Positions 6,867 through 16,825 of a DNA stretch of 44,514 nucleotides are shown here, one piece after another. Made by a program: the position numbers and the translations under genes. Position 1 is the first letter of the stretch; each line of letters starts with the position of its first letter. A model generated the notes under the pieces. That model was not told the origin of the DNA. It did no database searches and saw only the letters and a list, made by a program, of their open reading frames with translations. Source of the stretch: a virus; IMG/VR virus record IMGVR_UViG_3300028840_002857. One strand, given 5' to 3'.

Positions 6867-8527
6867 TTGTTCGTGAATTAATTAATTTGATTGGATTTAA
6901 AGTCGACAATAAAGACTTGGAAGTTGCCGAACGGAAATTTCGGGATATGTCCAATCGAATGCAGGACGCCGGTAAAAAATTGACGCTATTTGTTACAGCG
7001 CCGATTCTTGGCGTTGCCGGGGCGTCCCTTAAAGCCGCGTCAGACGTTGAACAATTAGACGTTGCCATGACAACCATGTTGGGAAGCGCCGAAGCCGCGG
7101 GCCAGCTTATAAAAGAACTTTACGCATTCGCCGCCAAGACTCCGTTTGAAATTCAGAATATTGGACAAACCACAAAACAATTATTAGCTGTTGGAATTGA
7201 AGGAAAAAATATTATCCCGACATTAAAGGCACTTGGCGACGTTTCCGCCGGCTTATCCGTTCCCCTTGAACGTCTGGTCCTCAATTACGGTCAGGTCCGC
7301 GCACAACAGAAATTAACCGGCCGCGAATTGCGCGATTTCACATTGGCCGGCGTTCCAATCCTTGACCAATTAGGAAAGCAATTCGGTAAAACAACGGCGG
7401 AAATCCGGGACATGGTATCGGCCGGGAAAATTGGATTTAAAGATGTCAAGCAAGCGTTTGTCGCCATGTCTTCGGAAGGCGGCCGTTTTGAGGATTTAAT
7501 GACCAAACAATCAAAGACTTTGGGCGGTTTATGGTCAAATTTTCTTGACGTTTTATTCCTTGCCCGGGCGGAATTCGGGCGGCTTATCGTTGAAACATTC
7601 GATTTAAAACGTCGGTTTGAAATTTTAATCGAAGGGGTTGGAAAAGCGGTTCAATGGTTTAAGAATCTTTCGGACGGTACCAAACGTTTAATATTGTTGT
7701 CGGTCGGTCTTGTCGCCGCAATTGGACCGGTTCTTTTAATTTTGGGTACACTTGGAAAATTATATTTCTTTATGGCCGGCGGTTTAAAAACATTGGTCGG
7801 ATTGTGGACGCTTTTTATAAAAGCGGGTGGTCCGCTTATCGCAATGTTAAAAGGGATTACTTTAGCGGTCGCCGCCAAGATTGCGGCAATCGTCGCATTG
7901 ATAGCGTTTATCGGTCTTCTTATAGAAGATATTTGGGTTTGGGTCCATGGCGGCCAATCAGCAATCGGCGATTTTTTAGGGACATGGGAAAATTTCAAAG
8001 AACGCGTAATGTTGATATTTAAAATATTACGGGAAGATTTAAGACAGTTTATTGAAATTGCGAAAAAATTAATTATGTCTTTTATTCCGGATCCTGTCAT
8101 TGACGCATGGAATCGATTTAAAGATATAATGGTCGATATTTTCAGTATAATAAAAACAAAATTCAAGGAAATGTTGAGCGCGACAATCGAAAAAGTATCG
8201 AACCTTTTTAATCGTGCCAAGGGATTTGTAAAAGAAAAAGGAAAACAATTTATTGAAGGCGGCGGCTTGATTGGCTCCGGAGTTGAAAATCGTTTTAACC
8301 CGACGCCGGCGTTTGCTGGTTCCGGAATCGGAGCAACAAGAAAAGGAGGCAGCCGGTCAGTTAACCAGAATTTTAATTCCAATACAAATTTAACATTAAC
8401 AGTCCCGGCGGCAATGAGCGAAGCACAAACCCAAGATATTAAAAAGGTAGTTAAACAGGCGGTTGACGAATCAAACGCGGAAATGGTCCGAAATCTTGAA
8501 ACCAATAATTCACAGGTTGAAAAATAA
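6863..8527 (+). CDS. Tape measure protein
   Basis: 554 aa directly after the chaperone frameshift pair. It has a long central hydrophobic stretch (LILLSVGLVAAIGPVLLILGTLGKLYFFMAGG...). Confidence 0.8.
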   Translation: MIVRELINLIGFKVDNKDLEVAERKFRDMSNRMQDAGKKLTLFVTAPILGVAGASLKAASDVEQLDVAMTTMLGSAEAAGQLIKELYAFAAKTPFEIQNIGQTTKQLLAVGIEGKNIIPTLKALGDVSAGLSVPLERLVLNYGQVRAQQKLTGRELRDFTLAGVPILDQLGKQFGKTTAEIRDMVSAGKIGFKDVKQAFVAMSSEGGRFEDLMTKQSKTLGGLWSNFLDVLFLARAEFGRLIVETFDLKRRFEILIEGVGKAVQWFKNLSDGTKRLILLSVGLVAAIGPVLLILGTLGKLYFFMAGGLKTLVGLWTLFIKAGGPLIAMLKGITLAVAAKIAAIVALIAFIGLLIEDIWVWVHGGQSAIGDFLGTWENFKERVMLIFKILREDLRQFIEIAKKLIMSFIPDPVIDAWNRFKDIMVDIFSIIKTKFKEMLSATIEKVSNLFNRAKGFVKEKGKQFIEGGGLIGSGVENRFNPTPAFAGSGIGATRKGGSRSVNQNFNSNTNLTLTVPAAMSEAQTQDIKKVVKQAVDESNAEMVRNLETNNSQVEK

Positions 8528-8529
8528 AC

Positions 8530-9156
8530 ATGCCGATTACGTCTTTATTATTTGGATTTAAAAAACCGGGTCAAATCGGGGAAATTGTTTTGGACGCGAC
8601 CATATCGGAAAACCATAATTACGAAAATATTGTAACAAATCATCCTCTTGAAGACGGGTCCGAAATTGCCGACCATATTATCAGTCGTCCGGAACGTTTA
8701 ACAATGACCGGTTTTATTACCAATTCCCCGGTTAATTTTTTGGGCGTCGCTTCGAATCTTATTCGGGGAATCGGACGGAATCGAACCGAAGTCGCCTTCG
8801 ACGAATTGTTGGCAATATCCCAAGGGAAGCTTGATCCGATTACGGGCGTCCGCGAACGAGAATTGATAACGATCGTATCGACATTGAAGGTTTATACCGA
8901 AATGGTCATGTTATCGATTACGTTTCCAAGGGACCGGACGTCCGGGGATTCTTTACGCTTCACGGCCGAATTTCAGAAATTAACGAAGGTAACTTCCGAA
9001 ACCGTCGTCGTCCCGAATTTAAAAGCGCCGGCTGCCAACAAGGGCGTTCCGACACAATCGAACGGAAAGCAAACAGTGAAGACGCCGACGTCCGAAACAC
9101 AATCGACAAGTACGTCATTATTGAAACGAGCTAAAAATATTTTAACGGGGTCTTAA
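8530..9156 (+). CDS. Tail-tip / baseplate protein (hypothetical)
   Basis: 208 aa, first gene after the tape measure. IVTNHPLEDGSEIADHIISRPERLTMTG resembles the vT.hPvE.G..i.Dh motif of distal-tail or DNA-circulation-type proteins. Confidence 0.4.
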   Translation: MPITSLLFGFKKPGQIGEIVLDATISENHNYENIVTNHPLEDGSEIADHIISRPERLTMTGFITNSPVNFLGVASNLIRGIGRNRTEVAFDELLAISQGKLDPITGVRERELITIVSTLKVYTEMVMLSITFPRDRTSGDSLRFTAEFQKLTKVTSETVVVPNLKAPAANKGVPTQSNGKQTVKTPTSETQSTSTSLLKRAKNILTGS

Positions 9157-9157
9157 T

Positions 9158-9502
9158 ATGGTAACTATTCCATTTATCGAATATCCTTCCTTTACCGAAG
9201 ACGTTATTTTGGACGGGGTCCCGTACCGGTTTTCGTTCAATTGGAATGACAACGGGGAATTTTGGTCAATGATAATATCCGATTCAAACGATAATGTTTT
9301 GGTCGCCGGAATAAAAATCGTTATCGATTACGAATTAATCGCCAATTTTCCGGGCCGAAGTTTGCCGCCCGGGGAAATGGTCGCCGTCGATCCAAGCGGG
9401 ACCGTTCAGCGGATAAGTCAAGACGATTTCACAGACGAAAACGTCTTTTTGGTTTATGTAACCGAAGACGAAGTCGAACAAATCGAAGCGGGGACTTTGT
9501 AA
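9158..9502 (+). CDS. Hypothetical baseplate-module protein
   Basis: 114-aa ORF tightly packed between baseplate genes. Confidence 0.45.
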   Translation: MVTIPFIEYPSFTEDVILDGVPYRFSFNWNDNGEFWSMIISDSNDNVLVAGIKIVIDYELIANFPGRSLPPGEMVAVDPSGTVQRISQDDFTDENVFLVYVTEDEVEQIEAGTL

Positions 9503-9503
9503 A

Positions 9504-10355
9504 ATGGCGTTATTTAATCGTCAAATATCGTTGACCGTCGGTCCGGAAGGGTCCGAACAAGGAATCGGAATCCGCGGCCTTCGGGTAAACTTCAAAGTAA
9601 AGAAAAGCGAAAAGCCGGAAACGAATAACGCATTAATCGACATTTATAATTTAAGCAAGGACACCCGGGAAAAGTTAATAAATATTGACGATCTTGTTAT
9701 TTTGAACGCCGGATATTTTGAAAACGTCGGCGTTGAAAACGTATTTATTGGGAATATTACCAATATTAACCATATCAAACAGGGCGCCGATATTATTACA
9801 AAATTGGAATGCGACGACGGCGCGAAGGTTATTCGAAATACGAAAGTAAATCTTTCATATAAGGAAGGTTCAAGCGCCAAGGAAATATTGAACGACGTAA
9901 TTAATTTAATTCCTTTGGCTTCTCAATTTGTCGATACGACCGATATTGAGGACGTACAGTTCGTTAATGGATTTTCATTCCTTGGCCCGTTTAAGTTCGT
10001 TTTGGAAAAGCTTTCTTCGACTTTAAATCTTGAATGGTCCATACAAGATAATGAATTGCAGATTATCAGAATCGGCGGGACCAATAAAAAACAGGCGATA
10101 CATTTATCGCCACGGACCGGTTTAATCGGGACCCCGGAACGCGTCCAAGACCTATCAAAGCAAAAAAACACGGAACGCCCGGGTTGGCGGATCAATTCGC
10201 TTTTATTTCCGAAAATATCGATTGGCGGCCTTGTATCCGTCGAAAGTCAGTTAATAAAAAAAGGAACGTTTTTCCGGGTTATCAATGTTGAGCATAACGG
10301 CGACACTTGGGGGAACGAATGGAATACGGCGTCCGAAGTAGAGGAACGAAAATAA
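9504..10355 (+). CDS. Baseplate hub-like protein
   Basis: 283 aa. GLRVNFKVKKSEKPETNNALIDIYNLSKDT resembles hub-type proteins of the XkdQ / late-control-D class. It sits before the spike gene. Confidence 0.5.
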   Translation: MALFNRQISLTVGPEGSEQGIGIRGLRVNFKVKKSEKPETNNALIDIYNLSKDTREKLINIDDLVILNAGYFENVGVENVFIGNITNINHIKQGADIITKLECDDGAKVIRNTKVNLSYKEGSSAKEILNDVINLIPLASQFVDTTDIEDVQFVNGFSFLGPFKFVLEKLSSTLNLEWSIQDNELQIIRIGGTNKKQAIHLSPRTGLIGTPERVQDLSKQKNTERPGWRINSLLFPKISIGGLVSVESQLIKKGTFFRVINVEHNGDTWGNEWNTASEVEERK

Positions 10356-10356
10356 T

Positions 10357-10992
10357 ATGAACGCGCCTTCATTAGCGACCGCGGTAAAAAAAGCGATAAC
10401 GTTTTCGTTGACAGACGTTAATACTTGTCTTCCCGGTCGGATCGAAAAATATGATTACGCCAAACAAAAAGCCGACGTCAAACCGCTTATTAAAAAATTG
10501 TACGTCGATGGAACAACGGAAGCGTTACCGGTAATCGTAAACGTCCCGGTCGTATGGCCGCGGGGCGGCGGCGGATCCTTGACATTTCCATTAGAAAAAG
10601 GCGACGGCGTATTATTGGTTTTTTCTCAAAGATCCTTAGATACGTGGTTATCCAAGGGCGGCGATACGGGACCCGGGGACCCGCGTAAATTCGACTTATC
10701 CGACGCGATTGCGATTCCCGGGCTTTTCCCTTTTTCTGAAACAGGCGACGCCGTAGATAATACAAATTGTCGATTAACATTCAAGGGCGGAACGCTTAAA
10801 ATTGATAATACCGGGAAAATTGCTTTTGGTAATACCAGTCAAGAATTGCTTGATTTATTCGATCAATTAATCGACGCTCTGGTTATCACGACCACGGCGA
10901 CGGCATTAGGACCGCAATTATTAAGTAAATCGATAGATACGACCTTTACGCAGATTAAAACAAAACTTGCGGCAATTAAGGGGAGTTTATAA
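10357..10992 (+). CDS. Baseplate central spike (Gp138 N-terminal / Mu gp45-like)
   Basis: LPGRIEKYDYAKQKADVKP...VNVPVVWPRGGGGSLTFPLEKGDGVLLVFSQRSLD...DLSDAIAIPG matches the gp138-type OB-fold spike pattern. Confidence 0.65.
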   Translation: MNAPSLATAVKKAITFSLTDVNTCLPGRIEKYDYAKQKADVKPLIKKLYVDGTTEALPVIVNVPVVWPRGGGGSLTFPLEKGDGVLLVFSQRSLDTWLSKGGDTGPGDPRKFDLSDAIAIPGLFPFSETGDAVDNTNCRLTFKGGTLKIDNTGKIAFGNTSQELLDLFDQLIDALVITTTATALGPQLLSKSIDTTFTQIKTKLAAIKGSL

Positions 10993-10993
10993 A

Positions 10994-11335
10994 ATGGCAT
11001 TATTAGCGGGCGACGCCCAATCAGGTACGGGTTTAGCTGGTCTTATGAAAACAAAATTATTGGCTGGACAACCTATTACAAAAAATGAACAAATGACTTG
11101 GGATACGCTGGACGCATTGGCCGCGGCTATTGTTGAACACATTGTCGCAAATCTTGAAATAAAAGGCGTAAATGTAAATATAGATACCGGCGGCATTTTA
11201 TCGGCGGCGTTTACGGCTTCGCCTGTAACACCAACAGACGGCGGCGCGACATTAAAAACAAGTATGGCGGCCGCAGTTCCGGCCAATTATGCGACCGGTT
11301 TACAAAATAATGACGGAACGGGGTTAGTTGCATGA
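10994..11335 (+). CDS. Hypothetical baseplate-module protein
   Basis: ATG 10994 follows GGGAG by 6 nt. 113 aa, rich in Ala/Gly/Thr. Confidence 0.45.
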   Translation: MALLAGDAQSGTGLAGLMKTKLLAGQPITKNEQMTWDTLDALAAAIVEHIVANLEIKGVNVNIDTGGILSAAFTASPVTPTDGGATLKTSMAAAVPANYATGLQNNDGTGLVA

Positions 11336-11694
11336 GTGATATTTTATTGGATACCACAACACATGATATTGAAATAGAAAACTACGATTTCGAATTAGTA
11401 ACCGGAATCGACAAAGTCGTCCAGCAAATTAAAATTCGGTTATTGTTTTTTAAAGGCGAATGGTTCTTGGATACATTACAGGGCCTTCCGTTTTATGACG
11501 ATATTTTTGTAAAAAATCCAAACATTCCAAATATTGATAATATTATAAAATCTGAAATTGTTAATACGCCGAACGTCAAAGAATTATTAAGTTACGAAAG
11601 CGATTACGATAATACAAATAGATCATTAACTATAACGTTTGAGGTTGACACGCTTTACGGGTCGACCGGTACAATAACGGAGTCAATATCATGA
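11332..11694 (+). CDS. Baseplate wedge protein (gp25/W clan, DUF2634-like)
   Basis: 120 aa. VVQQIKIRLLFFKGEWFLDTLQGLPFY resembles the l.qai..rL.t..GE...d...G pattern. It lies immediately upstream of the J-like gene. Confidence 0.55.
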   Translation: MSDILLDTTTHDIEIENYDFELVTGIDKVVQQIKIRLLFFKGEWFLDTLQGLPFYDDIFVKNPNIPNIDNIIKSEIVNTPNVKELLSYESDYDNTNRSLTITFEVDTLYGSTGTITESIS

Positions 11695-13334
11695 GCGGTT
11701 TAACAAGTGACGGTTTTGAAATTAAAAGATTGCCGGAAATTCAAGCGGATCTTGAAGAAGCATTCCGGGCGAAATTCCCCGGGATATCTGTAACCCCGGA
11801 TTCAGTTGTCGGACAAATTATTGGTTTAATGGCGAACCCGCTTTCCGATCTTTGGGAAATATTGGAAGCGGTTTATTTATCACAGTATCCCGCAAGCGCC
11901 GAAGGGTTTTCGCTTGACAATGTCGCACAAATGACCGGTATTGTCCGGCTTGCCGCGACACAATCACAGGTCGAAGCAATTATCGAAGGTACCGAAGGAA
12001 CAATCGTCCCGGACGATAACCAAGCGTCCGTCGCCGTTACCGGGGACATTTTCGAACAGGTCGGCCCCGTAACAATAACAAAATTATCCGTCCTTCGTAC
12101 AAAAATCGGAGTTGGAAACGTTTTAAATAATCAACTATATACGGTTACTTTGGATTCTATTGGATATGATTTTACTTCGGATGCCGACGCGACAGCTATA
12201 GAAATCGCCGCCGGCTTAACGTCGTCTATTAATGTCGGACAGGCTTATTTAACAGCCGTTGACAATAACGACGGAACATTAACAATTACGGTTGACGATA
12301 AAGATACGCCGTTTTCGGTTGACGTCGATGTAAATTTAACGCTTGATGAGATTTGGAGTCCAGCGCTTTACGAATCAAAAGAAACGGGCGCCATTGTCGC
12401 AAATACCGGAACACTAACAACAATCGAAACGCCGGTATCGGGTTTTGATGCTATTGACAATTTAAACGACGCCGACTTGGGACGCGATTTAGAAACGGAC
12501 CCGGAATTAAGATTACGCCGTATTCAAAGTTTAGCAATTGCCGCGGCCGGAACAGTCGAAGCAATTAAGGCCCGACTATTACAACAAGTCGATTCTGTTT
12601 TATCTGTAAAGATATTTGAAAACCGGACGGATGTAACCGACGGGGGCGGACGTCCGCCGCATTCATTCGAAGCCGTCGTCCAAGGCGGAACGAATCAAGA
12701 TATTGGTGATAAAATATGGGAAGTAAAGCCGGCCGGTATTGCGACACACGGGAATGTTTCCGTTAATGTTACCGATACCGAAGGCGATACGCAAGTAATG
12801 AAATTCAGTCGGCCGACGTCGCGGTACGCTTGGGTTGACGTTACAATAACATTAAATCCGGAAGAAGATTTCCCGGTTGATGGTCTGACGTTAATAAGAC
12901 AAAAAATATATGATTTTGGTATAGCAAATTATGACGTCGGCGATGATTTTATTTTACAGAAATTGTATACGCCGGTGTTCGAAGTTCAAGGAATAGCAAC
13001 GGCAACAATTCAGATTTCGACGACTCCCGGCCCGACGGCGGTAACTGGTACCAACTCGAATGTATCTGCTAATAAGCTTGTTGATACGTCGGCCGAGCAA
13101 TTTCTTGATGGAGGGGTCGAGGCTGGAATGACTTGTAAAAACGTAACTGATGCAACGGAAACAACTGTAAATGGTATCGATTCAGCCGTACAATTAGACC
13201 TTGCCGCAGATATTTTTTTGGCGACTGGTAAATCGTATTCAGTAGAGAAGACATGGTCAAGTTCAAATATAGTAATCGGCGAAGTTTCAATACTTCTGTG
13301 GGATATGGACCGGATTACAGCACAAACAGCATAA
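11691..13334 (+). CDS. Baseplate J-like protein with an inserted module
   Basis: 547 aa. The N-terminus, GFEIKRLPEIQADLEEAFRAKFPGISVTPDSVVGQIIG, and its position after the gp25-like gene are typical of the Baseplate_J family. Confidence 0.7.
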   Translation: MSGLTSDGFEIKRLPEIQADLEEAFRAKFPGISVTPDSVVGQIIGLMANPLSDLWEILEAVYLSQYPASAEGFSLDNVAQMTGIVRLAATQSQVEAIIEGTEGTIVPDDNQASVAVTGDIFEQVGPVTITKLSVLRTKIGVGNVLNNQLYTVTLDSIGYDFTSDADATAIEIAAGLTSSINVGQAYLTAVDNNDGTLTITVDDKDTPFSVDVDVNLTLDEIWSPALYESKETGAIVANTGTLTTIETPVSGFDAIDNLNDADLGRDLETDPELRLRRIQSLAIAAAGTVEAIKARLLQQVDSVLSVKIFENRTDVTDGGGRPPHSFEAVVQGGTNQDIGDKIWEVKPAGIATHGNVSVNVTDTEGDTQVMKFSRPTSRYAWVDVTITLNPEEDFPVDGLTLIRQKIYDFGIANYDVGDDFILQKLYTPVFEVQGIATATIQISTTPGPTAVTGTNSNVSANKLVDTSAEQFLDGGVEAGMTCKNVTDATETTVNGIDSAVQLDLAADIFLATGKSYSVEKTWSSSNIVIGEVSILLWDMDRITAQTA

Positions 13335-13345
13335 AGGGGGTTTTA

Positions 13346-13753
13346 ATGTGTGAATTTTTAATCAAAGCAATAGACGCACACTATACGGCGATGCCCGGAT
13401 CAACAGAAACAGAGGCAGAAATAATGGCGAAGGACTTGGCTGGATGCTACAAAGAAGACGATATAATATCTGTAAAGCCTGACGGGAGTAATTGGGGAAA
13501 AAATGAATGTCTGCCGAAATTTTTAGTTGTCAGCATTCCAGAAATGACTGTTGACGATGGACGTAAATATTGTGATAAGGTAATGTCTGCCGTTGATCCT
13601 ATAACTGGAAGGGCTGACATATTAATACGGCGTAAATACAAGTTTGATTATAAAAAGCATTTGACACCGGCAAAGCTGGCGTCAATAAAAGCGAATCCGT
13701 GGTATGTTGAACCAATCGAAGAAAGTAAAATCGAAGATAAAACACAGGAATAA
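13346..13753 (+). CDS. Hypothetical protein
   Basis: ATG 13346 follows AAAGGGGG. 135 aa. Confidence 0.5.
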   Translation: MCEFLIKAIDAHYTAMPGSTETEAEIMAKDLAGCYKEDDIISVKPDGSNWGKNECLPKFLVVSIPEMTVDDGRKYCDKVMSAVDPITGRADILIRRKYKFDYKKHLTPAKLASIKANPWYVEPIEESKIEDKTQE

Positions 13754-13759
13754 TTGATT

Positions 13760-16700
13760 ATGGCAACGAAATACATTACAACTGTTGACGATAGCGGCGG
13801 TAATTATACCAGTTTACAGAATGCTGAGACTGCTTGTCAATGCAATCTTACGGTGGCGACTACAAAGGTTTTTGCACATGGAGGAATTACCGGTACACTT
13901 TCCGACGGCGATTCGGTAACCGGCGAGAATTCAAGCGCGACAGGGACAATAGTATCAATCACAGATTCACAGGTTTTAATACAGAGCATATCCGGAACGT
14001 TTCAGGCAGAAAAAATATACGAAACTGGAACACCGGCAAATTATGTGACGTCTTCCGACGCCGGAGATTCCGCAATCGTCGAAATACAATGTAATTCAAT
14101 GCTTGATACGACAGCCGTTTCCGTAAATGGATGGACTCTTGACGCTACAAATAAATTGATTTTAACCAGTTCGTCAGAAGGACGGAATTTAAGTAAAGTA
14201 TGGGACGATACTAAATACAGGCTTGAGACTACTGGCAACAATAGCGGAATAACTTTATACGAAAGTAATGTTGAGATTAGCTGGCTTCAAATACGGCCGA
14301 GCAGTTCGTCGGCGGATGAGTATGCGATCAATAATTTAGAACATACTAATATCGATGTTCATCATTGTATTTTAGATGGTCAGGAAAATTCACATCTTGG
14401 CGGTATCAGATATACGTATTCAGTTACCAATCCGACCGGAAATATCTATCGTAATATTATTTATGGTTTTGGATTTTCGTATACCGGTGGAATGAGAATC
14501 GATGGTTTTGGTGTTGTCAACGTAATAAGTAATTCAGTTTACGGGTGTTGGTGCGGTATTCGATGTTCGAGCACTAATCATCTTGTGCAGGATAATATTG
14601 CAATGGGAAGCACGACAGATGAGGATTTTTACGCAGGCACATATTCGTCAAGTTCAGATTATAATCTGGATTCTGACGGTTCAACAGATTCGAATGTCGG
14701 AGGTAGTTACAATCAGGCAAGTAAAGCGGCGGCAAATATTTTTGTAGATTATAGTTCTGATGATTTCAGAATCCAAAGGACAGGCGAAGCTTTCGAAAAT
14801 GGTACTAATTCCGGAGCAACGTATAATATTGGTATTGGCGGAAACGATGTCGGTTCTAATTGGGACATTGGGGCGGATCAAATATTAGAATTATATTACG
14901 ACATAAATACAATAGACGCAGATTATACAACACTTTCAGGATTTAACGCAGGAGAACAAGAAGCACTTGCGACGACAAAGCGTCGAAAATTTGCTTTATG
15001 TCATGCGTTCGAAGATACTACCCCATTTGATTTAAACGGATGGACCACTGCGGAAGGTTATGATATTAATATTGAAGCAAAAACAGGACAGACACATCCC
15101 GGTTATTGGTCTACAGATTGCTATCGATTAGTTGCCAGTAGTCCAGGAAATATTTATATATACGAAGATTATGTCAATATTAAAGGAATTCAAATTGAAT
15201 GTTCGACGTCGTCTTTTGATTATAGATATTGCATTCGTGGAGGAACGGCGGATTTTCATTGGAATTTTGAAAAATTAATATTAAAAGGTAGTACATCATC
15301 AACCGGACAAAATCACATGGGTATTTATATGGGTATTACTCCGAACTCAGGATCATATGTAAATTACATGAACTGTATTATGTATGATTTCCCGGTAACG
15401 AACGGTCGCGCTATCGACTCTAATTCAGGAGCAAATGGAACATATAACGTGTACAATTGTACTGTATATAATTGCGACGACGCAATCGTCCGTGATGGTG
15501 GAACTTTCAATGTATATGACTCGGCAGTATTTGGAAATAATGATGATTTTGTCGGAACATTCAATACTATCATGAATTGTGCAAGCAATGATGGTGACGG
15601 GACGAACCCGGTCACTCCGTCAAATTGGAACGATGTATTCGAAGATGTTTCGACAAGAGATTTTCGATTAAAAGCAACTGATACAGATTTACAATTCGCT
15701 GGTGCTATCGATCCATCTTCTGGATTATACAGCGACGACGCGGCCGGAGTATCACGTGGTACCAGTCCTACGCAATGGGATATTGGAGCATTACACGCAT
15801 ATACTGTTCTGCGTACCGTGAAAGATTCAGGCGGCAACTATACCGGTGTCGTTAATGCAGAAGCCGATTTACAGTCAGATATCGGAAATCTTGTAGCAAA
15901 TAATCGAAAACTCGAAATTGAATGTTATGCGCTGGCTTCTGGAGATACAGGAGAATTGAATATATTATCATGGACTGACGGACCGGCCAATTATATTAAA
16001 ATCTACACTCCATTATCAGAAAGACACGCCGGATATTGGGATTCATCGAAATATTATATAACATTTGCCTGTTCTGCTTATTCATATACAATAAATATCG
16101 GTTCCGGTGGATCATACACAAGACTTGAAGGTTTGCAGGTTACATTAACCGGTACAACTGCATACGAGGCATTTGGAATCTTGGCACAATCGGGATCAAA
16201 TGGCGATATGAGAATAAGTCATTGTATAGTTTGGAATCAGGCTTCCGCGACAGGATCTTATGGGAATCATGGTATTGTAGCAACTTATAACGTAAAAATA
16301 TGGAATAATATAATTTATGATTGGAATGACGGGCCGAGTGCCTATGGTATCGATATGACTGGCTGGAATAGCGCGACGAGTTATTGCTATAATAATACTG
16401 TACATAATTGCGATGTCGGAATAAAAAGAGGTTCGGGAAATACGGTTTATGCTAAAAACAATATTGTTCAAGACTGTCTTACATATTGCTATGATGGTAC
16501 TTTCGACACGGCAAATAATAATTGTTCTGACGATGGAACAGAACCCGGAACGAGTGGCAGAAATGGAGAAGTATCTTTTGTAAATGAAGGCGCAGATAAT
16601 TTCTTGTTATCTGACTTGGATACAATCGCAAGAGGATACGGAGCGGACCTTTCGAGCGATACATACTTACCGTTTGACGATGATATTTTGAGCGAAGCAC

Positions 16701-16807
16701 GGCCCGAAACGTGGGATATCGGAGCAAGTAACGCGCAACAAGTAGTTTTTTTCGCCAACAATCCCGAATATTTATTAGAACATTTGATCGAATTAAAAGT
16801 AAATTAA
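13760..16807 (+). CDS. Tail fibre / tailspike-like protein built from three tandem right-handed beta-helix modules
   Basis: 1015 aa from ATG 13760. There are three colinear modules, each ending DFR[IL]...WDIGA (tgg at 14861, 15776 and 16712). Asn/Gly/Cys-rich turns recur in each (NIIYG, YNCTVYNC, YNNTVHNC). Confidence 0.6.
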   Translation: MATKYITTVDDSGGNYTSLQNAETACQCNLTVATTKVFAHGGITGTLSDGDSVTGENSSATGTIVSITDSQVLIQSISGTFQAEKIYETGTPANYVTSSDAGDSAIVEIQCNSMLDTTAVSVNGWTLDATNKLILTSSSEGRNLSKVWDDTKYRLETTGNNSGITLYESNVEISWLQIRPSSSSADEYAINNLEHTNIDVHHCILDGQENSHLGGIRYTYSVTNPTGNIYRNIIYGFGFSYTGGMRIDGFGVVNVISNSVYGCWCGIRCSSTNHLVQDNIAMGSTTDEDFYAGTYSSSSDYNLDSDGSTDSNVGGSYNQASKAAANIFVDYSSDDFRIQRTGEAFENGTNSGATYNIGIGGNDVGSNWDIGADQILELYYDINTIDADYTTLSGFNAGEQEALATTKRRKFALCHAFEDTTPFDLNGWTTAEGYDINIEAKTGQTHPGYWSTDCYRLVASSPGNIYIYEDYVNIKGIQIECSTSSFDYRYCIRGGTADFHWNFEKLILKGSTSSTGQNHMGIYMGITPNSGSYVNYMNCIMYDFPVTNGRAIDSNSGANGTYNVYNCTVYNCDDAIVRDGGTFNVYDSAVFGNNDDFVGTFNTIMNCASNDGDGTNPVTPSNWNDVFEDVSTRDFRLKATDTDLQFAGAIDPSSGLYSDDAAGVSRGTSPTQWDIGALHAYTVLRTVKDSGGNYTGVVNAEADLQSDIGNLVANNRKLEIECYALASGDTGELNILSWTDGPANYIKIYTPLSERHAGYWDSSKYYITFACSAYSYTINIGSGGSYTRLEGLQVTLTGTTAYEAFGILAQSGSNGDMRISHCIVWNQASATGSYGNHGIVATYNVKIWNNIIYDWNDGPSAYGIDMTGWNSATSYCYNNTVHNCDVGIKRGSGNTVYAKNNIVQDCLTYCYDGTFDTANNNCSDDGTEPGTSGRNGEVSFVNEGADNFLLSDLDTIARGYGADLSSDTYLPFDDDILSEARPETWDIGASNAQQVVFFANNPEYLLEHLIELKVN

Positions 16808-16825
16808 AAATAAGGAGCGTATAAA

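Noticed and set aside
7651-8505. Long minus-strand ORFs: 284 aa here, and also 1919-2422, 26539-26934, 37875-38378, 35625-36017 and 43883-44320.
   Set aside because: All lie antisense to well-supported plus-strand genes, lack RBS-like G-runs and have low-complexity or Ser/Arg/Phe-rich translations typical of shadow ORFs. No minus-strand gene is supported anywhere in the window.
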